A stretch of DNA of 64,000 nucleotides from Spirochaetia bacterium. GTDB taxonomy: Bacteria > Spirochaetota > Spirochaetia > DSM-2461. Below the pieces are notes generated by a model. It saw only the letters and a program-made list of their open reading frames with translations, had not been told where the DNA came from and ran no database searches. Position numbers and translations under genes: made by a program. This document shows, one piece after another, positions 30,397 to 39,777 of this stretch (position 1 is the stretch's first letter; each line of letters begins with the position of its first letter). The stretch covers positions 928,001-992,000 of the forward strand of contig CAXXIA010000001.1 of the NCBI GenBank assembly GCA_963666985.2, in the 5' to 3' direction.

Positions 30397-31110
30397 TTAG
30401 CGGCGCCTGCCGAATATCCTCAAAAGGAAGAGGAACATGTTGATGAAATCCAGATACAGCTTCAAAGCGCCCAAAACGGAGAGTCTGACATAGTCGGTTT
30501 CACCGACTTCCGCGCTGAGGGAATCGCTCATCTTTTTGATCATCTGCGTGTCGTAGGCGGTCAGTGCCGTAAAAAGGATAACGCCGATCCCCGAGTAAAG
30601 CAGACCGAATGTTTCACTTTGAAAAAACATTCCGACAATTCCGGCGATGAGCAATCCGATCAGCCCCATAAAGAGAAAATGTCCCCAGCCCGAGAGATCC
30701 TTTTTCGTCGTAACCGCCCATAAACTCATAACGGCAAACATTCCGGCCGAAACGGCGAAAGCCTGGAAAATAACGATTTTGGCGTATGCCAGAAGAACAA
30801 GGGAAATCGTAATTCCGTTTAAAACGGAATACAGGGAGAAACATCCGACCGCGGCCGGAACGCTCATCTGCATAATCCTTCGTGAAAGAACCATAACAAG
30901 AACAAGCTCTCCGATCATCAGAAGGAAGAACGGCATGGCACCGCGGCTGAAAAGAGTTTGCTGGACGGACGGATTGGTGTAAATCCACCAGGATACGGCC
31001 GCGGTTATCCCCAAACCTAGAGTCATCCACATGTAGACATTGCGAAGAATGGTCCGATAGCGAACTTGTGCTCCCGCCGACAGGAATCCGGCTTCATTTG
31101 ACATATTCAA
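30397..31110 (-). CDS. Bax inhibitor-1/YccA family membrane protein
   Basis: VYMWMTLGL, TKKDLS, TAYDTQMIK, GALKLYLDFINMFLFLLR. Confidence 0.93.
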   Translation of the reverse strand: MNMSNEAGFLSAGAQVRYRTILRNVYMWMTLGLGITAAVSWWIYTNPSVQQTLFSRGAMPFFLLMIGELVLVMVLSRRIMQMSVPAAVGCFSLYSVLNGITISLVLLAYAKIVIFQAFAVSAGMFAVMSLWAVTTKKDLSGWGHFLFMGLIGLLIAGIVGMFFQSETFGLLYSGIGVILFTALTAYDTQMIKKMSDSLSAEVGETDYVRLSVLGALKLYLDFINMFLFLLRIFGRRR

Positions 31111-31276
31111 GTACTCCCGTGACGCAGCAGTTTATCCGATTTACGGCATTCGAAAATGATCAAGTTGCGTCCGTGCTCAATATACGACTTTTTGGAGTCA
31201 AAGACACCTTTCAATTTCGACATTGACGGAATAAATGTTTCTCTATATAACAACACTTAAAAAACGGAGAAAAAAA

Positions 31277-32248
31277 ATGAAAAAATATCTGTTGGCCTCT
31301 TTGGTTCTCTCTTTGGCGGCTTTCGGCGCGTTCGGTTCCGGTGCCGACGATGCGGATGCCCCTTTGAAAATCGGCATTACCAAAATCGTCGCGCATCCCG
31401 CTCTGGACGCTCTGGAGCAGGGTGTGATGGAGACTGTTCTGGAGAAGTATCCGGACGCCGTCTTCGACAATCAAAACGCCAACGGCGATATGGCCACCGC
31501 GTCCACCATCGCTCAGAAGTTCAAATCGGACAAAGTCGACTTGGCCGTCGGCATCGCCACGCCCACGGCCGTCGCTCTTGCCAATGCCATCAAGGATGTC
31601 CCCGTTGTTTTCTGCGCGGTTACCGACCCGGTCGATGCCGGCTTGGTTCCTTCTTGGGAAAAGAGCGCCGGGAATGTCACGGGCTTCAGCGATATGACTC
31701 CCGTTAAAGAACAGATTTCGCTGCTGGCATCCCTTATGGACATTAAAGCGCTGGGGCATGTTTACTCTTCGGGCGAAGCCAATGCCGTTCGTCTGGCCGA
31801 AATCGCCGAACAAACATGCAATGAGCTCGGGATAGAATTCGTTCCCACCGCCGTCGCCAATTCCGCGGAAGTGAAACAGGCCGCTCAGTCCATCGCCGGC
31901 CGCGTGGACGCGTTCTACGTGAGTAACGACAATACCGTTGTTTCGGCTTTGGCCGGTCTTTCCGATGCCGCCGCGCAGGCGGGCATCCCCGTTCTTTCCG
32001 CCGACCCGACATCCGCCGCGGACAACAATGTTTTTCTGGCTTGGGGGTATGACTACTACAAGATGGGCCTGGCCACGGGACGTCTCATCCTTCGGATTCT
32101 CGACGGTGCCGATCCTGCCTCCATTCCGACGCAGCTTCTGAGCTCCGTCGAGGATTTCGATCTTGTTCTGAACCTGAAGGTTGCTAAAGAACTCGGCATT
32201 AACGTTCCCGCCGATCTGGTGGAAAAAGCCGCGACCGTTATCGAATAA
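31277..32248 (+). CDS. ABC substrate-binding protein (COG2984, putative aromatic amino acid binding)
   Basis: VAHPALD, NANGD, IATP, FCAVTDP, NVTGFSD, YSSGEAN, DNTV. ATG at 31277 after GGAG. Confidence 0.9.
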   Translation: MKKYLLASLVLSLAAFGAFGSGADDADAPLKIGITKIVAHPALDALEQGVMETVLEKYPDAVFDNQNANGDMATASTIAQKFKSDKVDLAVGIATPTAVALANAIKDVPVVFCAVTDPVDAGLVPSWEKSAGNVTGFSDMTPVKEQISLLASLMDIKALGHVYSSGEANAVRLAEIAEQTCNELGIEFVPTAVANSAEVKQAAQSIAGRVDAFYVSNDNTVVSALAGLSDAAAQAGIPVLSADPTSAADNNVFLAWGYDYYKMGLATGRLILRILDGADPASIPTQLLSSVEDFDLVLNLKVAKELGINVPADLVEKAATVIE

Positions 32249-32261
32249 CGGACGGATCTAA

Positions 32262-33173
32262 GTGATAGAAGGAATTTTCGTCGAGGGTCTTATCTACGGA
32301 ATCATGGCTCTCGGCGTCTTTATTACGTTTCGCATTCTCGATTTCCCCGACTTAACCGTGGACGGCTCGTTCCCTCTCGGTGCGGCCGTAATGGCTACCT
32401 CATTAGTTTCGGGACTTCCCATTTTAGTCGGTCTGGCACTGGCGATTTTCGCCGGAGCTTTGGCGGGCACCATTACCGCCGTGATTCATAACGAGCTCAA
32501 GGTTCCTTCCCTTTTGGCGGGAATCCTGACGATGACCATGCTGTATTCCATCAACGTTCGGGTTCTGGGGAATAAAGCCAATCTTTCTCTCCTGAAAGAG
32601 CGCCATCTGATAAAAGTATTATTGGAAGCCACCGAAGGAATCATGAATTCCTCGGCGGCGCAGCTGCTGTTTTTCGGCATCATCATTATTCTGCTTATTA
32701 CGGCGCTGAACGCTTTCTTCCACAGCGATATAGGACTGACGCTGGGAGCACTCGGCGGAAACGAGCGTATGGTGGTGGCTCAGGGAACCAACCCGAAAGT
32801 TCTTAAAATCATCGGTGTCGGTGTTTCCAATGCCCTCGTATCCCTTTCGGGAGCCTTTACGGCTCAATATCAAGGTTTTGCCGACGCCGGTTTGGGGACG
32901 GGCATGGTCGTCAGCGGGCTGGCCATGGTGATGATCGGAGAATTCGTCATCCGGAGTTCCAAAATCCATTGGCTTCTGATCCGGGTTGTCGTCGGCGCCA
33001 TCGTTTATAAGGCCATCATGTTCGGCGGACGCTATTACGGATACATGATTCGATTAACACCCACCGATTTGAAGCTGGTAACCGGTCTGCTCATCATTAT
33101 TTCCCTGATTATTACGAAAACCGACATCGGAGCCCGAATCCGAGAACACAAAAAACGGAAGGCATCCCGATGA
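32262..33173 (+). CDS. ABC permease (COG4120-type)
   Basis: FRILDFPDLTVDGSFPLG, LLAGILTMT.LYSIN, QYQGFAD. Confidence 0.9.
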   Translation: MIEGIFVEGLIYGIMALGVFITFRILDFPDLTVDGSFPLGAAVMATSLVSGLPILVGLALAIFAGALAGTITAVIHNELKVPSLLAGILTMTMLYSINVRVLGNKANLSLLKERHLIKVLLEATEGIMNSSAAQLLFFGIIIILLITALNAFFHSDIGLTLGALGGNERMVVAQGTNPKVLKIIGVGVSNALVSLSGAFTAQYQGFADAGLGTGMVVSGLAMVMIGEFVIRSSKIHWLLIRVVVGAIVYKAIMFGGRYYGYMIRLTPTDLKLVTGLLIIISLIITKTDIGARIREHKKRKASR

Positions 33174-33961
33174 TAAGCATGGATCATGTATCGCTCGTAT
33201 TCGGCGAAGGCACTCCGGATCGTGTCGAGGCTCTTAAAAATGTGACTTTAAATCTGGAGCGCGGTGATTTTCTTACGATAATCGGTTCCAACGGGGCGGG
33301 AAAAAGCAGTCTCTTTAATGCGCTCTCCGGACTCTACCCTCCTACTTCCGGACGAATTGAAAAAAACGGAAGCGATATTACCAAATGGCCCGAATATCGG
33401 CGGGCTTCCTTTATAGGCCGTGTTTTTCAAGATCCCCTGATGGGCACGGCCGGGAATATGAGTGTTCAGGACAACCTGACCATCGCAAGCTATAAAGGAA
33501 TGAAAAAGCTTCGAATCAGTCTGAACCGTAAAAAGAAGAGTGAATTCCGCGATCTTCTGGCGCAATTGGAGATGGGACTTGAAGAAAGAATGACCGATAA
33601 TGTCGGTCTTCTTTCCGGCGGTCAGAGACAGGCACTCACAATGCTGATGATGGTTCTCTCCTCTCCGGATCTGGTGCTTCTGGATGAACACACCGCGGCA
33701 TTGGATCCGCGTAACGCGGCGAAGGTTCTGGAACTCACATCCCGTTTCTATTCCGAATATGAACTCACCGTGATGATGGTAACACATGACATGCGCATGG
33801 CCATCGATTACGGAACTCGACTTGTGATGATGGACCGCGGAGAAATCATCCTTGAGGTTCAGGGTGAAGAGAAATCGAATTTGTCCGTAGACGAACTCGT
33901 AAAACGTTTCCATGATATACGAGGAAAAGATTTAACCAACGACGAAGCATTGCTGAGCTGA
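33170..33961 (+). CDS. ABC ATPase (COG1101-type)
   Basis: GSNGAGKS, RVFQDP, LSGGQRQ, LLDEHTAALDP. Confidence 0.92.
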   Translation: MISMDHVSLVFGEGTPDRVEALKNVTLNLERGDFLTIIGSNGAGKSSLFNALSGLYPPTSGRIEKNGSDITKWPEYRRASFIGRVFQDPLMGTAGNMSVQDNLTIASYKGMKKLRISLNRKKKSEFRDLLAQLEMGLEERMTDNVGLLSGGQRQALTMLMMVLSSPDLVLLDEHTAALDPRNAAKVLELTSRFYSEYELTVMMVTHDMRMAIDYGTRLVMMDRGEIILEVQGEEKSNLSVDELVKRFHDIRGKDLTNDEALLS

Positions 33962-33997
33962 CTTCGTTTCAGTGAAATTAAAAGGAATACGGCCGAA

Positions 33998-34441
33998 ATG
34001 AAATTCGTAATAGCGAACGATCATGCTGCAATCGAATTGAAGATGGAAATCAAAGCATGGCTTGAAGAACACGGTCATAAAGTGGACGATCTCGGCGTCG
34101 GTCCGGGTGAACAAGCCGACTATCCCGATAAAGGTGTTCAAGCCGCCGAAGCCTACCTCTCGGGAGGCTATGATTACGGAATTGTCTGCTGCGGAACCGG
34201 TATAGGGATTTCCATAGCAGCGAATAAAGTGGACGGTATTCGCTGCGCCCTGCCGCAGAACGCCTATGCCGCGTCAATGGCCAAGGAGCATAATAACGCC
34301 AATATGATCGCCTTCGGAGGTCGTATAGATTATCAGGATTCTCCTTTGGTTATGCTGGAGGCCTTTCTCGGAGCCGAATACGGCGGAAACGAACGCCATG
34401 AGCGCCGCGTCGCCAAAATCATGGCGGTTGAAAAGAACTGA
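33998..34441 (+). CDS. rpiB: Ribose-5-phosphate isomerase B
   Basis: ANDH, DYPD, CGTGIG, HNNAN, RHERR. Confidence 0.93.
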   Translation: MKFVIANDHAAIELKMEIKAWLEEHGHKVDDLGVGPGEQADYPDKGVQAAEAYLSGGYDYGIVCCGTGIGISIAANKVDGIRCALPQNAYAASMAKEHNNANMIAFGGRIDYQDSPLVMLEAFLGAEYGGNERHERRVAKIMAVEKN

Positions 34442-34590
34442 CCGGACGGACTTTATTTTTTATTCGCCGCCGAGCCGTCTCTATAAAGGCTTCCCGCCGA
34501 CCGATTTTCATTAACCGAAAAGACACACACGCTTGCCCACGCCGCATTCGGTATCGGGAACATAGGCATAATCATTATTCGCCGGCCGGT

Positions 34591-35304
34591 TTATTCTTCG
34601 GTGTTTATCACCGTTTCCAGGGCCAATTCCATCATATCGGTGAAAGTCTTTTCGCGTTCTTCCGCGGTCGTTTCAACTCGGGTTACCAAACTGTCGCTTA
34701 CGGTAAGTAAACAGAGAGCCTTAACGTTGAACTCGGATGCAATTGTGTACAGAGCCGCCGCTTCCATTTCAACGGCAAGAACGCCATAAGAAGCCCAAAG
34801 CTTCCATGTATCCGGATTGGGATCATAAAAAGAATCCGATGATAAGATATTGCCGGCTTTAAGATTCAATCCGAGTTCTTCCGCCGATTTCGCCGCTTGA
34901 TGAATAAGGGACCAATCGGCAGTCGGAGCAAAATTCATGCCTCCAAGATGTTGAGAGGGCATTGAAGAATTCGTTGACGCACTCAAACCCATTACCAAAT
35001 CCCTGATTTCAACCGATTCCTGGATGGAACCGCAGGAGCCGACGCGAACCAAAATCTTGGCTCCGTAGGAATTAATCAGTTCGTGAACATAAATTGCGTG
35101 TGAAGGCATGCCCATGCCCGTTCCCTGAACCGAAATATTCACGCCCTTGTAGGTTCCGGTATATCCGTACATGCCTCTGACCTCGTTATAGCATTTAGCC
35201 CCCACAAGGTATTTCTCAGCGATGAAACGGGCCCTCATAGGATCTCCGGGAAGAAGCACGCGGGATGCGATTTCGCCTTCAGACGCTCCGATATGGACAC
35301 TCAT
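34591..35304 (-). CDS. deoD: Purine nucleoside phosphorylase (DeoD type)
   Basis: [33 protein letters not shown]. Confidence 0.96.
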   Translation of the reverse strand: MSVHIGASEGEIASRVLLPGDPMRARFIAEKYLVGAKCYNEVRGMYGYTGTYKGVNISVQGTGMGMPSHAIYVHELINSYGAKILVRVGSCGSIQESVEIRDLVMGLSASTNSSMPSQHLGGMNFAPTADWSLIHQAAKSAEELGLNLKAGNILSSDSFYDPNPDTWKLWASYGVLAVEMEAAALYTIASEFNVKALCLLTVSDSLVTRVETTAEEREKTFTDMMELALETVINTEE

Positions 35305-35471
35305 GATTGTTCTCCGTAAATGATGAATTTATATTAGTCTTCCGTCCGCGGCGCCGCAAGCCGGTAAAAAAACAGGTATGCGAAAAGAGAATCTCGATTT
35401 AAGAAACAAACGGGAATCTCTTCCTTGAATCATTAGCGATTACGACTTTCATTTTATGAACATAAGATTCC

Positions 35472-36464
35472 CTATTGTTTTATGTAGCCGCTCATGTATT
35501 TCGCATCGCCGGCCATTTCCAGGATTTCAATATCCGAACCGTCAAGACGCAGCGATACCAGGTAGAGAAAATCCTCATTTCCCCAGGGCACGGCCCACAA
35601 TGTATTAAGAAACGGATTGTCGTTATCCCAGGTATTCGCGGTAAGAGAATCGACTTGAGAATACCCTCTCCCCTTTAAATCCGAAGTTAATGTTTTGATC
35701 CAGAAATCCAGGGACTGTTCGGGATAATTTTTCACCGACCGAACACAGAGGCGAACGCCTTCGGGCGACATGGCGATCCATTCGGGTCTTCGCTTTACTT
35801 CCGCGAATCCTTCGGGAAGAGAAATTGGAGCAGAACCGAACATCGACCCGCTTTGGAGGGAAATATTCATAAATCGGAAAAAATCGACCGCATTTATCCA
35901 GGGGAAGTTCGACGGACGGCTATCCGGAACGGAACTCTGCTGGAAACTAAGAGCCACCTGTATCGTTGCCATCCTTCTGTCGTGTTCAAGCTTTCGAAGA
36001 TAACCGCGGTATCCGTCTATTTCCGTCATCAGACGCCGAATTTCCTTTTCAAGTTCCAAGGTTCCTTCAACATCGGAGCTGTCCAAGTATTCCAGGTTTT
36101 TTGCCAAGACTTCTTCTCGCGCTTCCAAGGCTGATTTGGCATTAAGAAGATCTTCCCGCATATCCCAGGTGGCTTGATCGAATTGGATAACCGCTTCGCA
36201 GGTGTTTTCCAACACACCGCGAAATTCAGATACCGCTTCATCCGGTACCCGCAAACGCACGGATTCTTCCGATTTCCATGTGAAATAACCGCCCTTGTCA
36301 TTTGCCCAATTCGTTAAGACATCGGATACGGCGATACGGTCAAAAACCATAACCGCCGCGTCAACGCTGAGATGTAATGTATCCGCATCAGTTTCCGCGG
36401 CAAAGAGAAAACCGGCGGAGAAAAGCATCAGAAAGACTATCGATGAGCAGAGCAGTTTTCTCAT
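35472..36464 (-). CDS. Secreted DUF4349-like protein (paralog 2)
   Basis: Signal peptide; LRVP..., coiled coil, LELEKEI..EID..G..L..ATIQV pattern. Confidence 0.7.
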   Translation of the reverse strand: MRKLLCSSIVFLMLFSAGFLFAAETDADTLHLSVDAAVMVFDRIAVSDVLTNWANDKGGYFTWKSEESVRLRVPDEAVSEFRGVLENTCEAVIQFDQATWDMREDLLNAKSALEAREEVLAKNLEYLDSSDVEGTLELEKEIRRLMTEIDGYRGYLRKLEHDRRMATIQVALSFQQSSVPDSRPSNFPWINAVDFFRFMNISLQSGSMFGSAPISLPEGFAEVKRRPEWIAMSPEGVRLCVRSVKNYPEQSLDFWIKTLTSDLKGRGYSQVDSLTANTWDNDNPFLNTLWAVPWGNEDFLYLVSLRLDGSDIEILEMAGDAKYMSGYIKQ

Positions 36465-37642
36465 TTCAGATCCCCTTCGGCGAAAGCCTTGTATATTGAG
36501 GTGAAATCCGCCGTTCCGTCGGGAGAAAAAATTTCCAGGATATGGATTTTTCGACCTTCCGCATAAACCCCGACATAGTATTTGAACGGATTCCGGTCTT
36601 TGCTGAGGAATTCGACGCCCAAAAAGTTGGAATCACCGACAGCAACGGTGCGTTCGATCGATTTCGCATAATATGGCCCCATATGATGGAAGAGCGCCTT
36701 TTGCCAAAAATCGCTGTCTCCGCGAGGACTGTTATCCACCGTGGAGAGAAATATTTGGACGCCATCGCTGTTTTCAGCCATAAAAACATTTTCTTTGTCG
36801 AAAACTGCGAAATCTCCACCCAAATCAATATCGAGATGTGCACGCAAATCGCTTCCGGCGGGTGAAAGAGGATCAAGGTAAGCGATCCAAGGGAATGGGA
36901 TCTCATATCGTTGTGCGGATCCTTGAATCCTTGGAGTGATTTGTACCGTGATTCTGGAAAAAGCCACACGAGCTTCCATCATGGCCATTTGCTGCTTCAG
37001 CGATTCTATTTCTTCGGTGAGTCGTCCTATTTCTTTGAGAATACGGGCCCGCTCGGCCGGATCCGTACTCTTTTCAAGAAGCGTATAGAGTCTTCGCCGG
37101 GTTTCTTCGGCGGTATTCAGATGTTGTGCAATATCCGAATAGGCTTCCGTTATATCCCAAGTTTCAACTCGGCTGTATTCGACATCTCCCAATGTAAGAA
37201 TAAAGTCAAAGACTTCGTTGAATCGTTCGGCCGGAATCCTTAAAACCACATAATCGGTATAGCTGCTTTCGACATATCCATTATTTTCCCGAGCCAAAAC
37301 TTCTAAATCCCGTCTTGATTCTTCGGTATCTTCAACAATGAGACCCGCCGAACCGTTATAGACGCGCATTCTCCGCTCTTCGTCTCCCGCCTGTGAAGAT
37401 TCCGATTCTTCCGATCCTTCCGTGAGAATCTCATCCGAAGTTTCGAAAGAATCCAATTTCTTTAAAGAATCATTCCGCGTCTGCAGCGGTGCCGAGGCGG
37501 CGGAGACTTCTTTGGAACCGGAAGAGCGGCTCTCAATGATTCCAAAGTCCTCCGAACGATTCGCGCATGAACTCATGGCACAGGAACTCAGCGATAACGC
37601 TATGAATGTGATGACTATTCCGAAAAACCCCAATCGTTTCAT
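36461..37642 (-). CDS. DUF4349-domain lipoprotein (paralog 1)
   Basis: Lipobox LSSC; GYVES..LRIPAERF..LG.V..DITE.Y.D..RLYTLL..EIESLK..FSRITV. Start probably 37642 (alternatives 37651 and 37654). Confidence 0.8.
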   Translation of the reverse strand: MKRLGFFGIVITFIALSLSSCAMSSCANRSEDFGIIESRSSGSKEVSAASAPLQTRNDSLKKLDSFETSDEILTEGSEESESSQAGDEERRMRVYNGSAGLIVEDTEESRRDLEVLARENNGYVESSYTDYVVLRIPAERFNEVFDFILTLGDVEYSRVETWDITEAYSDIAQHLNTAEETRRRLYTLLEKSTDPAERARILKEIGRLTEEIESLKQQMAMMEARVAFSRITVQITPRIQGSAQRYEIPFPWIAYLDPLSPAGSDLRAHLDIDLGGDFAVFDKENVFMAENSDGVQIFLSTVDNSPRGDSDFWQKALFHHMGPYYAKSIERTVAVGDSNFLGVEFLSKDRNPFKYYVGVYAEGRKIHILEIFSPDGTADFTSIYKAFAEGDLK

Positions 37643-37763
37643 AAGACTCATCATAAACCGCGGATCGAATGAAAACAAAAATAAGATGAGATTCGCTGCG
37701 GTTCTGTCAAAAAAGTAATTTTCATCAGTCATGAGGCGATGAAGATCGGATAACCTCTGGCAA

Positions 37764-37777
37764 TGTAAGCGCTTACA
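37764..37777. promoter_or_regulatory. Perfect LacI/GalR-type (cre-like) palindrome
   Basis: TGTAAGCGCTTACA, a perfect 14-bp palindrome with a central CG. Confidence 0.65.
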
Positions 37778-38201
37778 GGTATACCGGAACGGAGCGCCGG
37801 AAATTAAATATAAACCGCCTAATATATTTTCATGTATACGTAAACGGAATGTTATATATCGATATCTCACTATACTTAGGTATCTTTTTCTGAGAAAGGA
37901 TTGAATCCTGTAATAAAACACGATTTTACGTGAATTAGCGTTTCCGCTTCTCTTGCATCGGATCGGATATTATCTTCTATACACTTACAATATAAAGATA
38001 TAAGCTCAATACAACGCTCGTAGCGATAGTTATGTTTAGATGGAAGATTGTATCGTTAAATATACAATCAATGTTTTTAGAATTTAAATATTGCAATTTC
38101 TAAATATTAAACCGGATATTGAAAAAACCAATTTGCTCAATTACAAATAAATACGAGGGTAAACGTTACGAATCTCAATAATGAGGTTAAACACATTTTT
38201 A

Positions 38202-38245
38202 TTGACATATGGAATTCACACTTGTAATGTGTAAGCGGTTACACA
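38202..38245 (+). promoter_or_regulatory. Sugar-ABC promoter with an overlapping LacI-type operator
   Basis: TTGACA (38202-38207), 17 nt, TAATGT (38225-38230). Near-perfect palindrome TGTGTAAGCGGTTACACA at 38228-38245. Confidence 0.75.
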
Positions 38246-38267
38246 CTCTTGGGAGAAAATAAGCAAT

Positions 38268-39776
38268 ATGAGTGATGAAATAATTCGCGTTGAGAACGTT
38301 TGTAAAAGTTTCTCAACCGTGGAAGTCCTTCATAGTGTCTCGTTCTCGATAAATCGCGGAGAAGTTCTCGGCATAATTGGAGAAAATGGCGCCGGAAAAT
38401 CCACAATGATGAAAATCCTCAGCGGGATTTACACATTGACTTCGGGAGAAATTATTTTTGAAGGTGAACATGTGCTTATACAAACTCCGGAAGAAGCCAA
38501 GAAACTGGGTATCAGCATAATCCCGCAGGAGTTTAACCTTATCAATGATTTATCAGTTTACAATAATGTGTTTCTCGGTTCCGAACTGACAAAGAAAAAC
38601 GGCTTCCTTGACAAGGAAGCGATGAAACGCCGTACCAGCGAACTACTCTCTTCCCTGGAAGTGGACATTTCTCCCGAAGAACAGATTGCCAATCTCAGTG
38701 CCGCTGAGAAGCAAATGGTGGAAATCAGTAAGGCGATTGCCTTTGAATCCAAGGTTCTCATAATGGATGAACCGACATCGGTTCTAACCAGTCATGAAAT
38801 CAATATTCTTTTCAACCTGATGCGAAAGCTCAAAGAAGGAGGATATACGATTGTTTATATCTCTCATAAACTTAAAGAAGTTAAAGAGATTTGCGATCGT
38901 GTTCTCGTTCTCAGGGATGGGAATTTTGTTCTCAATGAATCAATAAACGAGATTTCTCTGGAGACCATGGCGCAAAGCATGGTTGGACGAGAACTTTCAC
39001 AAATCTTCCCGAAAAAGACAAAACCATCAAGCGATTCCATTCTGCAAGTGAAGAATCTGGATATTGAAGGTGTTCTGAAAAATATCAATTTCGATCTGAA
39101 GAAAGGTGAAATACTCGGATTCGGAGGACTTGTCGGTGCCGGAAGGACTGAAGTTTCCGAAGCGATTATGGGACTAAGGAAATTAGCCAAAGGGCAAATC
39201 TTTATGCAGGGTGAACCTCTGGTTATTCGAAATCCTGAAGATGCGGTCAATGCCGGACTTGGATATTTGTCGGAAGATCGCCAGGGCAGCGGCATAATTA
39301 CTTCTTTTTCCGTTTCACACAATACAACATTGGTTTCTCTTCCGAAATATTCGAGGAATTTCTTGAAATGGATCGATAAAAATAAAGAAAAGGAAGCTTC
39401 CGAAAAATATCGTTCTCTTTTTAATTTAAAAACCGAATCACTTGATACGCCATTGGAATTCCTCAGCGGAGGCAATCAGCAGAAAGTATCGATGTCGAAA
39501 TCCATCGATTCGGAACCGATTGTGCTTATCGTCGATGAACCGACACGCGGAATAGATGTCTCCGCCAAGCAGGAGATTTATCAATTCATTCACGATCTTG
39601 TTGAAAAGGGAATCTCTTGTATTTTCATCTCTTCCGAAATGGAAGAATTGATCGGGATGTGCAACAGAGTCGTTGTGATGAAAGACGGACACATCACCGG
39701 GATTCTGGGAGGAGAGGATATCACGGAAGAAAAAATCATGCTTTATGCAACAGGAATCGTTGAGGAGGAAGCCTGA
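38268..39776 (+). CDS. Monosaccharide (CUT2) ABC ATPase, RbsA-like
   Basis: GENGAGKST, MDEPTS, SEDR, LSGGNQQK, DEPTRGIDV. Confidence 0.94.
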   Translation: MSDEIIRVENVCKSFSTVEVLHSVSFSINRGEVLGIIGENGAGKSTMMKILSGIYTLTSGEIIFEGEHVLIQTPEEAKKLGISIIPQEFNLINDLSVYNNVFLGSELTKKNGFLDKEAMKRRTSELLSSLEVDISPEEQIANLSAAEKQMVEISKAIAFESKVLIMDEPTSVLTSHEINILFNLMRKLKEGGYTIVYISHKLKEVKEICDRVLVLRDGNFVLNESINEISLETMAQSMVGRELSQIFPKKTKPSSDSILQVKNLDIEGVLKNINFDLKKGEILGFGGLVGAGRTEVSEAIMGLRKLAKGQIFMQGEPLVIRNPEDAVNAGLGYLSEDRQGSGIITSFSVSHNTTLVSLPKYSRNFLKWIDKNKEKEASEKYRSLFNLKTESLDTPLEFLSGGNQQKVSMSKSIDSEPIVLIVDEPTRGIDVSAKQEIYQFIHDLVEKGISCIFISSEMEELIGMCNRVVVMKDGHITGILGGEDITEEKIMLYATGIVEEEA

Positions 39777-39777
39777 C

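Noticed and set aside
36461..37921. Long N-terminal extensions in the ORF track (also for proX, marR, leuC, guaB, purB, folD)
   Set aside because: The extensions run through promoter or AT-rich DNA or neighbouring genes. RBS or promoter spacing and signal peptides support the shorter starts.
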